The notes under the pieces are model-generated. The model was given only the letters and a program-made list of their open reading frames with translations. It made no database searches and had not been told where the DNA came from. This document shows, piece after piece, positions 1-12,400 of a stretch of 64,000 nucleotides of DNA. Position 1 is the stretch's first letter, and each line of letters begins with the position of its first letter. The position numbers and the translations under genes were made by a program. Location: positions 1 through 64,000 of the forward strand of contig QPMI01000496.1 of NCBI GenBank assembly GCA_004431415.1, written 5' to 3'. Source of the DNA: Cyanophora paradoxa CCMP329. Taxonomy: Eukaryota; Plantae; Glaucophyta.

Positions 1-260
1 GTTTAGCTGCATTCAGGCCTTCGAGCCACTCTGTAGTATAGTGCTAGTGCGCGGGCTGAGGCTGTAGCACTTCTCAATAGCTCATAGACTTGCCGGTACC
101 TCCGCAGTACCTAGGACTCCTCCGGCGTTGCCGGTTCGTAGACAGATTCTGTACCCCCCCCACGTTGTTCGATACCCCCTCAGTCCTGTAAGAAGCCCAG
201 CTGCGACCCGTTCGTGCTACGCCTGCGCGCCTGCTGCCTAGGCATGGGGCTGGGATCACA
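1..260 (+). repeat. 5' LTR of the giant Gypsy element (first ~13 nt outside the window)
   Basis: Matches 20135-20395 except for two 1-nt deletions (gtttagc[t]tgc; cccc[t]acg). Ends ...GATCACA. Confidence 0.9.
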
Positions 261-926
261 TTGGGACACTAACTAAGCCTATTTGACCCTCGCCGGGACG
301 ATCGCTGGCCTGACGGCGGTTCGACAACGACCCGCCGCCACCTGGCGTGAACCCGCGGGAGGAGAGTGCGTCATCCTCGACGGACGTGCTAGACTACACG
401 ACCGCGTGCCCGCTGGACGCGCCGACCGGCCGGAGCACGACCTAACTGACGGAGCTGACTTCCTTGTCCCTTCGCCAAACTTGTCGCGCGGCGTGCCTTG
501 CTCTACGCAGGACACGTGCGGGAACGAACACTCGCTGCAGGCAGTGACCCGTGTCTTGCGGCTCGCTGCCCCAGTGCAGGAGAGAGTGAGGCGAAATCAC
601 TCGACCTTTACGTGTAGCGACCCGTGACTTGCGGCTCGTTACGCCTAAAGGGCAACGTGTATCGGTGCGCGATCTGCACTGCACGTTGCTGTCGCTGTCG
701 TGTCGTACTCTCGTCGCGATCGTCGTGCTCGTGCACGCGCGCTGAGAGCTCCGCAGCTGTTGACAACACTGTCAGCAGCTCGGCCAACGACACGCAGTGA
801 CTGCTCGACTGCCCTCGCCCTCGTAGTCGGCCACACCGGCGGCCGCGATCGCGACGCAGTACGTTACGGACACACCGGCATACGCCGCGTACGTGACACG
901 CAGGACGTAAACGAGCAACCTGTACG

Positions 927-1560
927 GATCGCACCCGCTCACGTACGGTGAAATCTGTACGCGATCTTCAGAGCACCCCGCTCAGAGTCACCGTCACCCC
1001 GTCTCAACTTGTACGATCCACGCCACGTAGCGTAATCTGTACGTCGATCTTCAGGCACCCGCTCAGAAGATCACCGTCAACCCCGTCGTCAACTTGTACG
1101 GATCGCACCCGCTCACGTAGCGGCTGAAATCTGTACGTCGATCTTCCGAGCACCCCGCTCAGAAGGCCACCGTCAACCCCCTCGTCAACTTGTACGGATC
1201 GCACCCGCTCACGTAGCGGCTGAGATCTGTGCGTCGTCGATCTTCAGAGCACCTCAGCTCAGAAGATCATCAACCCCGTCATCTATTTTTACAGATCACA
1301 CCCGCTCACGTAGCGGCTGAGATCGTGCGTCGTCGATCTTCAGAGCACCTCAGCTCAGAAGATCATCCACCCCGTCATCTATTTTTACAGATCACACCCG
1401 CTCACGTAGCGGCTGAGATCTGTGCGTCGTCGATCTTCAGAGCACCCCGCTCAGAAGATCATCCTCGACTTCGTCGCCGGTCTACGGAGCACCTCAGCTC
1501 TCAGGACCATCACCACCGTACATCTTACTTCAGATCACACCCGCTCACGCAGCGGCTGCG
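927..1560 (+). repeat. ~96-bp tandem repeat, ~7 degenerate copies, in the element leader
   Basis: Unit core GATC(G/A)CACCCGCTCACGTAGCGGCTGAGATCTGT...GATCTTCAGAGCACC recurs at ~927, 1016, 1101, 1197, 1293, 1389 and 1532. Confidence 0.85.
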
Positions 1561-1610
1561 CTCCGTTCACCGACGGTCTTCGAAATCACTCAGAGACCAT
1601 CAACGTCAAC

Positions 1611-3480
1611 ATGAACCGCGACGAGCATGGCGGCTCCCGCATCCGGAACCCGGTGCCGACGCACGCGTACGGCGACTCGGCTGAGATTGCGGCGACCAAC
1701 CGTGCGGAGTCCTCGCAGTACGCGCGGAGTCGACGCAGAGCCCCCGACGCGCGTGAAGATTGCGGAGGGGCTCATCGCCACCAGCCCCGGCCAGCCCCTC
1801 AAACCTGAGGGCGTCATTACTCATATCAACGACGCCGCGCCATTGCTGCATCGGACCCAAGAAGTACTCGACCGAGAACGACGGCTCTCAGAAGAGCCTC
1901 GCCCTCCTCCTTGTTCTACTGCAAGCCCTGTCGGCAGGCCTCAGGTCCATCGTATCGACCCTTGTGCAAGGCACCGCTGTCAAGGTCAACGCCAAGGAGG
2001 CGGCCGACGAGAGATGCCAGGAGCTCGGCAAGCGCATCTTGGCCATGAGCAAGACGGAGAGGCAGGCTTCAACGGCAGCGGTTACTGGAACGCCTTAAGA
2101 AGGCCAACGCCGAACTTGAGAGCGCTGAAGCCGCGCTCGATCAACCCGGCACGATCAAGGCCTCCCCTCATACATGCGATTCCTCATCAGCAAGATTAGC
2201 CCGAGGAGAGTGAGGCCTTGGACACGCGCCTCAAGTCACCTTACGACGCAGTCCTTTACCCGACGCGCTGAAGGCCGTACACGACTTACTCCCATCCTCG
2301 ACCCTCCTCCCAGACGGACAGAAGATGAAGCCCATCGACATTGTGAGACGCTGAGAGCCAGATCAACCGACGCGCTGGCACAGTGGGGGATCTTACACCA
2401 ACATGAACACCCAGGAGGGTCACAACCGGTACCGTAACTTCCTGAACGCCCGCGACAAGATACCTGAATTGAAGCGGATCGCCCTCGAACACGAACCCGA
2501 GGACGACGCTTCAGCAGACTTCAGGAAATGAAGCTTGCTTCTTTCATGACCGACGCCTTCGCCGCTATACCACCTGGCCTCTTCGTCGAGGTCCGCTCGG
2601 CATCGACTGGGAGCTAAGTCTTCCAAGAAGATCTCTCGAGTCGAGCGGAACAGCGCCGGGAACAACGACGGGAGCAACGTGCACGACGGCAATCGCAGAG
2701 CTCAGACGACTCTGACGGCTCTGACTCCAGCTCGGGACATTCGAAGCGTAGGAAGAGTTCAAGCCGGGCACCCCTCGGGCGTCCGCGGTTACACTCATCC
2801 AAGCTCCGGACAACCGAACCGAACTCGGCATACACGGCAGCTATACTGCACCGGCCAACGACAAGAAGCAGACGGGGAAACCCAATTACAATTACCCGCG
2901 CGTTGAGAAGATTACTGCAATTAAACAACGGGAAGGTTACCACCGAGCAGAGAAGCCTAAACACCGCGGTACCAACCACGACTTCTACTGCTGGCGGTGC
3001 CCTGACAATTTACCGCCGGCCGAACGCCACCATTACGCTGACGATTACCTGGAATGCCCACGGCATGACTACCGGTATAAGCTACTGGAGATGATCCAGA
3101 GCGGCGACAACAACCCAATTGTACGAATGGCGCAGAAAACCTGCAAGATTCCCACTGGCTCAAACGGACAGACGGCGCCGACGCAGCCCACGCAAAATGC
3201 AGCGGCTAACCCGACGTCGAACCTCCAATGCTTTAACTGTCAAGGTTACGGACATCGCCAATCGGAATGCACTCAACCCAAGAAGTGCCGACTTTGTAAC
3301 TCAACTGAACACCTCCAAGCAAACTGCCCCCGGAACGGCAACCGTGACGGCGGTGCGGCGCAGGAGGCGGTAATAAGGACACCTACCCCTGGGTCGCGGT
3401 GACCGTGGTGGCCGCGGTGGACGAGGTGGCGGACGAGGCGGCGGACGAGGCGGCGGTCGCGCGGTGGTGGAGGACCTTCA
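1611..3480 (+). CDS. gag: Gag-like region, frameshifted in this assembly, with two CCHC zinc knuckles and an RGG-rich tail
   Basis: CFNCQGYGHRQSEC and CRLCNSTEHLQANC (CX2CX4HX4C twice) in ORF 3091-3402, followed by GRGDRGGRGGRGGGRGGGR in another frame. The start ATG at 1611 is tentative. Confidence 0.8.
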
Positions 3481-6400
3481 TCGCGCCCCCCCTCGGCATC
3501 ACTGCCAATGACAATCCTACAACGACGACGGACGCACCAAAGACCCCGGCCACGACGCCGGCGCCTACGTGCCCGTCTGACACCACTACGCCCCTCACAA
3601 CAGGTGTACCACAGACCCCGGCCACGACGCCGGCCCGTGGGCCCACCTGAACTACGGCTTCATTACACACGCCGACAGTGCCAACCACTGCAACGCAGGC
3701 CCCGGCCACGATGCGGCGCCGACGAACCCAGTGGAGACACCAGTCTTGCAAACTGTGCCGTACACGTCGCACAGCCAGTTCCAATGGAGAAGTGCCAGCC
3801 CCGACCACGACGTCGGCGCCAGCACCTACCTCACGCCTACGGAACAGCAAATCGCAGAACTGGTGCAAGAAGCTAGAACGCGGGCTACTAAACCACACTT
3901 CCAGCCCAGACCTGTTAACGTAACACAAGCTCTATACGACTTGCAGCGAGAAGAAGTACGAGTGTCGGCAGTGACATCGACCGTCCTCGACAAGGTCAAC
4001 AGAGCACTGGCTAAAATGGCCAACCTTGGAGCGCGAGCTGCACCCCAACCGCCCCAAGAGCAACAAGTATACAACCAAATTTGGCTTCATTCGGGAACGT
4101 ATCTCTGCAATTAACAAGCCGCGGCAATCCCAGTACGGGGATCGAAGTCGACAAGAACGCGACAAAGACCTGCTGGAACACGGACACGTGCGCTGAACAC
4201 CTCCAAGGCCTCTGGTAAGACGCTGCAGGACGTTACGGCGCGGGCCGCCAACCTCGGTCTCGAGATCGCGGCAACGAAGGCGGCACTTACCAGCAAAGGG
4301 GCAAGACCACAACGTCTCGACGGCAAAGGCTCATGACGGCAGCCACCCGTTGCCTCGACGGCGCAGAAGCCGGTAGTGGAGCACGCAACACCGGTCATCT
4401 CGCCTACGGTGAACCAGATCGTGGAGCGGCCGAATGTATCGCTGAGTACGTAGGGCCGCTCACGACGTACCTACGAGAAGTACTGGGCTACATGCACAGA
4501 CGACGCCTCGCAACCCCGTCTACTTCGCGAAGTGCCGGAAGTGCATGGTTCACACATGGCTTCCCTGGCTGCGACTTCCGACAGGCGTTCATCGACGCTG
4601 TCCTCTATTGCCCCAACTGAAGCACATTACCATACTCTTCGGACACAAGGGTGCGGGACTGTGTGCGACAGCAGCGGGTGCAAGAGAGCAGGCACTGCAG
4701 AACGGCAGTACCGACGTCGATGACGTAACGATGCTTCATCGGTACCCTATCCCTCACGAACATGTACGGCCCATCTTTCACCACGCTCTTGACTACAACG
4801 TCAACAAATTAGCTGCACCTCAACGCCAACACCACCGTTAGCGGAAACGCTGGGAGAGCGACCTTTCCACATTCCCAGACGTGGTTCAGTACGAGCCTCA
4901 CGGTGACGTTGGCGGCGAGACAACTTTCATTCACGAGTGCTGTGACCGGTGCAAGCCGATAACAATCCAGCAGTCGGCAGCCGGAGCACTGGAACCGCGC
5001 GAGATTCACGTCAGAGTCGGCAGCCTTCGAACGGACCGGCGGACCGTGCACTCCACTTGCATCTCACGACGCTTGTGATTCACTTCGCAGCTTGGGCCAG
5101 GCCCACCCAGCCAACGCAGCCGCGGGCCGACCTCAGTACATCACACTACTTAACGCACGGCAGTGCAAGCATTCTGGAACGGCAACCCAGTTGCGGAACT
5201 GACATGGATCGACCTTGCGTACCGGACGCTCGACCCCTCAGTGGTGACCGTGATCACGAACACTGGGATACGTTAGCTGAACATCCAGTCCAGCAACCCC
5301 AGACTTGACAGATCGACTTAATTTGACGACAGCTATCCGGGCTACAATCCTCAGGCGCACAACCTCCGCTGACCTCATACTGCTCAATGAGTGGGCGAAG
5401 CGGACGGCCAATGCAATCAACACTGGTGCATGGCAGCAGGCCGTGAATTGGACACGGCGGACCGACCATCCGACAACTACAACTTGGAACGAACACTTGC
5501 CCCGGCCACGGCCGCGCAGTACCAGTTCCTACGACACGAGATATTACACCCGCCCCGGCCACGGCCGGCGCGATCACCGTCCCTACTGCGCGAGACTCAG
5601 TACCTGCCCCGACCACGGCGGCGCAGTACATGTCCCGCCTCACCACACTCGACACCCACACCAGCAATAGCTGACGGGTAGCCCAGCCTCCTCCGACATC
5701 ACTTGAAATGCCATTGGACCGCGGTACCCAATGGACTTCAGAACAAGTATCACTGATACGAGGATGGGCCGAATCAGTACATAATCGCACACGGCGAGAA
5801 ACGTTGATCTTTGGAACTCTACAACTGCAGCCCAACGGCGGCACTCACATGGATCGTCACCATGATGCCCCCACGACGTACCCACGATAGCTCAAGCAGT
5901 TCTTGACGCTTATCTGGAAACGTACCCACGGAACTCGCTCGTGCCAGAGCCGACGAACTCCTCTGTCAAATGGATGCTCGCAACTCGGAACCGGAGTCGC
6001 AACGCGAAACCTTCCATGAGCTACATGCGAAGCCAAGCTAAATGCCTGACCACGGACGCTGTCAGCATCCTGCGCAGCGATTCCGGCCGGAAGCAATGGT
6101 GACTATAACATGTTTGGAGGCGATAGCTTCTTTACCAAACAGACGGTGAACAGCGTCTTTGTGAGCCCTGGCGCCCAGCAAATCTACATCCGCTGCGAGG
6201 CGGTTGGCTTTCCCGGACCATGCCCGGCAACGCCAGTCGCCCGAACGGCGCCATCACAAGGGCACGCAGCCACATGTCACACCACTGCCAACAGCTGAAC
6301 ATGTTATTTTACCGACGGCACCTTACAACCCCGACGGACAGTTCACCAGCACTCGCGTCGAGATGACTATGAACTGTGGGACGTGTGGCAAGTACCCACT

Positions 6401-9400
6401 CGTGTCTTATTGCAACTACCCAGACGCCGAGGTGACAGGCTTGTACCCCCATCCGACGCCTGTGGGCCCGGACGGCCCTTGGACCGGAGAGTAACAACTC
6501 GAGCCGAGGAGACGTTCAATGCAATCATCATGAAGCGCTCGCTTGTGGCCCGAGAGCCAGCTCGCCTGCAAGCATGGCTATGCCAATGTTTACGACCGCT
6601 TCATCAACCTTAACATGGAGCCGTTCGACGTACGTGCGTACAGAGTCCACGCCAACACAGAATGGTCCAGCACGCGACCCAACCAGCGGTTCAACTACGG
6701 GACCCTACGCACGGCAACTCGAACTCCAACCAGGACCGGGGACACGCGCAGCGCACCCCGACACCGGCTCACGGCCCATTGGTCAGCCTCACGACGCAAC
6801 CACAGCAGCACTGGCCTGAGGAAGCTCGCAATCCCCCGCGGCTGTTGAAGCCAACGACGGTCATCTCGTACCAGTCTCACGAGGCCGGAGTGGTAGACAG
6901 CCGTGGCTGCACCATTCCTTACTTCGCATCGGCGAGCACGGATCCGCCTACGAGTATTTCAATCCAATCCGAGTCACAGCCATCTTGCGCCGAATTTACG
7001 ACCCGGACGAGCAGCGGAAGTATAAGGAAGCCATGAAGATCATCCCTGAGTCATATGACTTCATTGCAGCCCAGCTGGAGACCAGTACAACCTGGCCCCC
7101 CTCATGGACATACCCGACTGACGACGACAAGCGTAACTTTATCGATCTTATGTACGAGCGGGAACGACGCCCGAGCCGAGCGCCTCAACGACCAGCTGGA
7201 ACCAAACCCGAACGGCGCCTGGATCCGTGGATCTGACGGCGAGCGTGAACACGGCGTACGACGCCGATTACGCCTTGGGTGAGGGCAAAGGTCCTTACAT
7301 GGCGGCGGCGCTTACTGGTTACGCTCGAGCACGGGACGCGAAGCGAACAGGACCGCCTCGAGCGCTACGCGGAAATACAAGCCACGACAAGTCCGGGTAC
7401 AGACCATCGCGAACAAGATGGAAGATACACCACGACGTCGTCATCTGAGACCCCGGAACGGACACCTTCACCCCCGTTCAGGCGACCTCGGCCGACCCCA
7501 AGCCCCAACTCTGGACGATCCCGGGAGTGGTGTCCTCAGCCCCAGCGACAGCGTGGCCCTTGGTTATGGCACTACGAATCCCTCCAGTCTCATTACCGTC
7601 GCCCCGGCCACGGCCGGCGCGCCGCAAACTGAGACGAATGCTACCAACGTAACAATCAACCCGAGCCCTGCATCTCCGACCCTTACGACGCCCCTGGAAG
7701 CCGCCCGGCCACGGCTGGCGTGGCTCAACCCGGCGTTATAGCTTCAGAGCAAGCGACTCCGGACATGACCATAACTGTCAGGGAGCAGACTTTGACACTG
7801 CCAACTGACAACGAATCGACCACGACCCCCGCAACTACCGCCCCGGCCACGGCCGGCGAGGTAGACAGTCGAACGTTGAGCCCACGGACACGCCCAGCAT
7901 GACAAACCCCGCCGATCACAGCCCTACGGCAAGGCCGGATGACTTCATCGTTGAGTCCGAAAGCCCTCCAGGACCCGACTGGATTGAATGCCCAGGGGAT
8001 TGCCGTCCCCGACTGTGGGCTCGCCCACACTCGCGCGCGTGGATATATGCACGTGAATACTGGCGATCCTGGAACGAGGAGGAGCCAACGGCAGAGGAAG
8101 ATGGCTCGGGACAATTCACATTTCCCGGACTTACCCTACTGTCACTGAGGATCCCCAGCGTTACATCCAAGTCGGCGACATTCCCGTCCCGATTCCGGAA
8201 CCTGAACCGCCACTTCCAGTCCCGCCGGAGACCGGCGCAATCGTGAGAACCACACACTTGGGCGAGGTCACTGCTGCAGTTTCACAGCGCCTCGGAGACT
8301 GTGGGGTCATACCAAGCACAATGCCCGGCTACGCAGAGGCAGCGGCTGCGGTCGACAATCCCAACCTGTTTGCAACCTATCGCAAGTACACGCCATGGAA
8401 TGCAAGTACGGACCCGTCCAAGACCGGCCTCTACCTCACAAACATTTCCACGCTGCCTGACGGACTCACGGAGCTGAACCCGGCTAACCGGCACGTCCTC
8501 GACAGACTCGTCACGTACGTCGATGTCGAGGAGCAATCAGCGATTTTGCTCAAACATACCGCCCATCTCCGCGCTGTCGCTTATGCGATCATGAGAATTG
8601 CGGGCACAGCCGACACTACGGATAGCTTGGAAGAGACGCTGCGTCACGCATCTGTCCTCGAGCTGCTGGGCCTTGATGCACAACAAGCAATAACCCTGAC
8701 GACTTCACGGCAAGGAATATTGCCTTGGCTCTTCGACGTCATGATCTCGTACGGCCGAAGCATGCGGGCACAATTCCCTACTTACTTCGAACCGCACGGG
8801 GACTACTATGCGCCTTTCCCCACTCTCGCCGACGCGCTGACGGTCCGCATGACGGCACTGGAACGCTTAATCCTCGAGTCGCACCTGCCGCCGCCCTTCG
8901 ACGACGAATTCGCGCCTTACCCACGGCGACACCTCCAGCGCTCGATCGAGACATCGCCCTCGAGATGCGGGTGACAGCCCTGGCCAACGCAATTCACATT
9001 GCAGCGGCTGGAGCACGCATCTACTTCCACTCGAAGCCTCGGGAGTTGGAACGGCATCACTCATGGCGCAGCCCTTGGCTTCGCTGTTCGGATCCGTTCT
9101 CGGCAAAGCCAAATAGGCTGCTGTGGCCGACAAGCCCAGACTTCTACTTCACAATGGGAGTCGAAATGGTGGAGTACATCACGCGCGTGCTCAACCTGCC
9201 CTTCGGAGGCCACTTCGCGAATAGCCCCAACAGCTGGCTGGCTACCGTCGACCGGTACCTTGACCGGACACAGACGCCCCGGAACAGGGGACCTTGGACG
9301 TTCCACGGAAGCCTTCGAGCTCCACGGTGTATTACTCGACGAGTACAAACTAGCGGTGATTGAATGTAACGAGCGACGCCTCGACTACTCCGAAGACCCG

Positions 9401-12400
9401 CTTTCTCCACTCTGGAGAGGTCTTCAGGCGTTCCGGACCGGTGCCGAGAACTCCGGCAACGTGTTCGTGACCCATCTCTCCGCGAGGACAGCCTTAGGGC
9501 GTGCCCGCGAGCTCGGCGACGTAGCAGCATTCCGACAGGCCCTGCGGCTCCATCTGGACCGTTACCCGGAGAGAGTACATGAGCGCGTCGGTGCTCGTAG
9601 CTACCCGAGCAGCTTCGAGCTCAGCCGCGTGGAACCGGGACCTGACCTGCAACTGTCACTGGTTGAAGGCTACCCTGAGGGCCCGTACACCATCCGTATT
9701 CAACATCAGGAGGCGGTACTCCTCTCCAACCCCACGTTGTGGCACGCCACTGTTCTCGACGCATTGTATTGGGCGTTGAAGCGTAAATACAACGGGGACA
9801 AATGGACGGATGCGGAGGATTGGCAGGCTCAGTGCCTGGCATACGGAATGACAAACCGCCTTCGACTGATCGACTCCCAGCCGAACACCCTAGTCCGGCT
9901 CTCCCTCGTCCGGGCGATCATGTTCGGGGCCGACAAGATTCTCGGAATTTTCCAGTACTGGAACAAGTCGAAGGAGAACCTACTTGCGGATCTTACACCC
10001 TGCGTACCGAACGATTACGTGAATCCAAGCACGGCAACCATCGACATTATGCAGGCGTACAACGTCCCATTTCCCCCGATACGTCAGAGGATCACGGAGT
10101 ACGGCCTCAATTGGGACACCCGCTTCCTCCTGCGTTGGGCAGAACTGACCACGCTCCGAATCCACGATTCCATGTTCTTTACGGCCGACGACGAGACCAC
10201 ACTGCGGAGTCACCCCCTCATGTTCTCAGGACGGAAACGACCGCCCCCGGCACCGGTGCAGCAACCACGTAGCACAACTTCAGGCTCAACTGCTAAACGC
10301 GTGGGCCTGAAAAAGGGCCGCAAGACAGTAATATCGGAAGACGAGGCTGGTGACGATTGGTTTTACGAAACTGTCGACCTCAGCCGGAACGCCCGGGCCA
10401 TATTCGGTACCCGATATTACTACAAGTTCTTCGGTGCCGACATCATCGAGAACGGCTACGTTACCGACAAGTTCGAACGCGTCGGATGGTGGGGCGACCC
10501 CAGGAACGCATCCACCGCAAGCAATCATACTCAAGTGCGGGGACTCGACGACAGCGTCGATACTCAGTGGGCATTTGAGGCGGGGCACTCGGGCCTCCAG
10601 CACGGGAGGGGACAACACAACGACTTCCGCTTGTTCACGCTGTCTTACCACAAGGATCTGCCGGCACTCGAACGTCTGGAGGACCCCACTATCCCGAGGA
10701 TAGTACGGTGCAACTCTACGACGTGACACGCTCAGACACGCGCAACGAAGTATACACGATCAACAAACAGCCGCTCGCATTCCGAGGCGTCGAATTCTTT
10801 CTCAGTACTCTCAGCTCCGCGATGGCCGAGAACATGAGATACACTCCGTGGTCTGCCGTCCTCGTGGCAGAAATGTGCAGTGCCTCGCAACCTCGGTCCT
10901 CGTTCACGCGTGACTTGACGGCATTGGAGGAGTACGTGAATACGAAGCCTGAATGGGAACACCCACTGGCAGAGAGCCAAATTCAGTACTTCATGCACGG
11001 CGACACGAACATGGACAAGTTCATGCGGAAGCTTCCAGAGTTCAGACCGATCCACGCGCTTAACCAGCTTCGTTGGCGCGGAGCACTACAGGCGCTCGAC
11101 GGCGTGGTACGCCATCGGGCACGCAATCGTTCCAACCCGTACCTGCACGGGGTGCAGACCGTGACAGATGACGGCAATACCCGCAAGAACCGTTGCGAGA
11201 TCAAGTTTACCACCTTGACAATCGCTCCCGCCAATGAGCACAACCCGTTGAATGAGCTCGGTAACTACCTCACAGCGTTCCGAAGCCCACTCGAGCGGCC
11301 TCAGGGACATGAAATGGCTCCCCCGCTTGGCAACGGCGGACCCATGCTGGCACGTTCCACGAGTTCAACTCCCCGACGATACTGAGCGACACCCTGGAAG
11401 TCTTCGCCAACGGCGGCCCGCGAATTTACACAAAGACGCGGACCAGGGACACCCAGGCTGTCGTTCACGTGTTCGATGCCAACAACCGTGACACTTGGCT
11501 CCAAATCGCCCGTTCGAACAGGCCACAACGGCCCGCGGACCAGCCTGCATACTTCGACTACAATCGCATACCAATTCTGCTTGAGGAGACGATCCTACCC
11601 GGCGGCGTCTGGAAGACCATCGAGAGGCCTACTAGGCCGACGGAGGGTGCATTCATCCACGTTATCCCCTTCAAGCCGGAAGTACATCACTGGGTCCACC
11701 ACTTCGCACATCACGTAGCAGCTTCAATCCGTTTGTACACGGCGTTCCCGTCGAAACAGATGCCAATCCACGACGGCCTGCTGGAGATTCTCGACGAATA
11801 CGTGACTTCGAATGCGAGCCTACTACACTTCCGTGTCGACGACGACGGCAACATGACCGTGTCTCAGGAACTGCAAGACTGGTACGCCCGGGATTTTGGC
11901 ACGGCAACACCACCACCCGGCGCCATGTTTGCAACGGCCTTCATGGCACTACTAGTCACGGCGATTACAACGCAACTCGCGGCAGTTGTCCGCCACGGGG
12001 CCCTCGGCAATGCCGGGCGCGCCTCCACAACAGCCAAGGAGACATGGCAACGCTACGAAGATCGCCAGTCGCAGCATGCACACTTTCCCGCTGCCTTCGA
12101 CCTCCCTGTCAACGTCATCGAGATGTTTGGACACGACGGAACCATGGTCGGCAACAGGGGCATGGACAACCTCGGCATGGGCGTGAGCCAATACACGTTC
12201 AACAGGAACGAGTTCGAACGGTCCTGGCGTCATTACGAACAGCACGTGGGTCCGGAGGTACTCCTACAGTACAATGAGATCCACGCGTCCGAGGAAGATT
12301 CGATTCCCGAATTGTTTCTCCTTGACTACGGCGCAATACTGTTCTCCGACGACCTCGTGGAGCATCGTACGCGCTGGATAACGCTGGCTTACAACGCTTC

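Noticed and set aside
927-1560. CRISPR-like array
   Set aside because: Entire units are repeated with no unique spacers, the context is a eukaryotic retroelement, and there are no cas genes.
11925-11995. Env-like transmembrane protein in the giant element (FATAFMALLVTAITTQLAAVV)
   Set aside because: It is a single moderately hydrophobic helix with no signal peptide, furin site or Cys-rich ectodomain, and it is not positioned after integrase.
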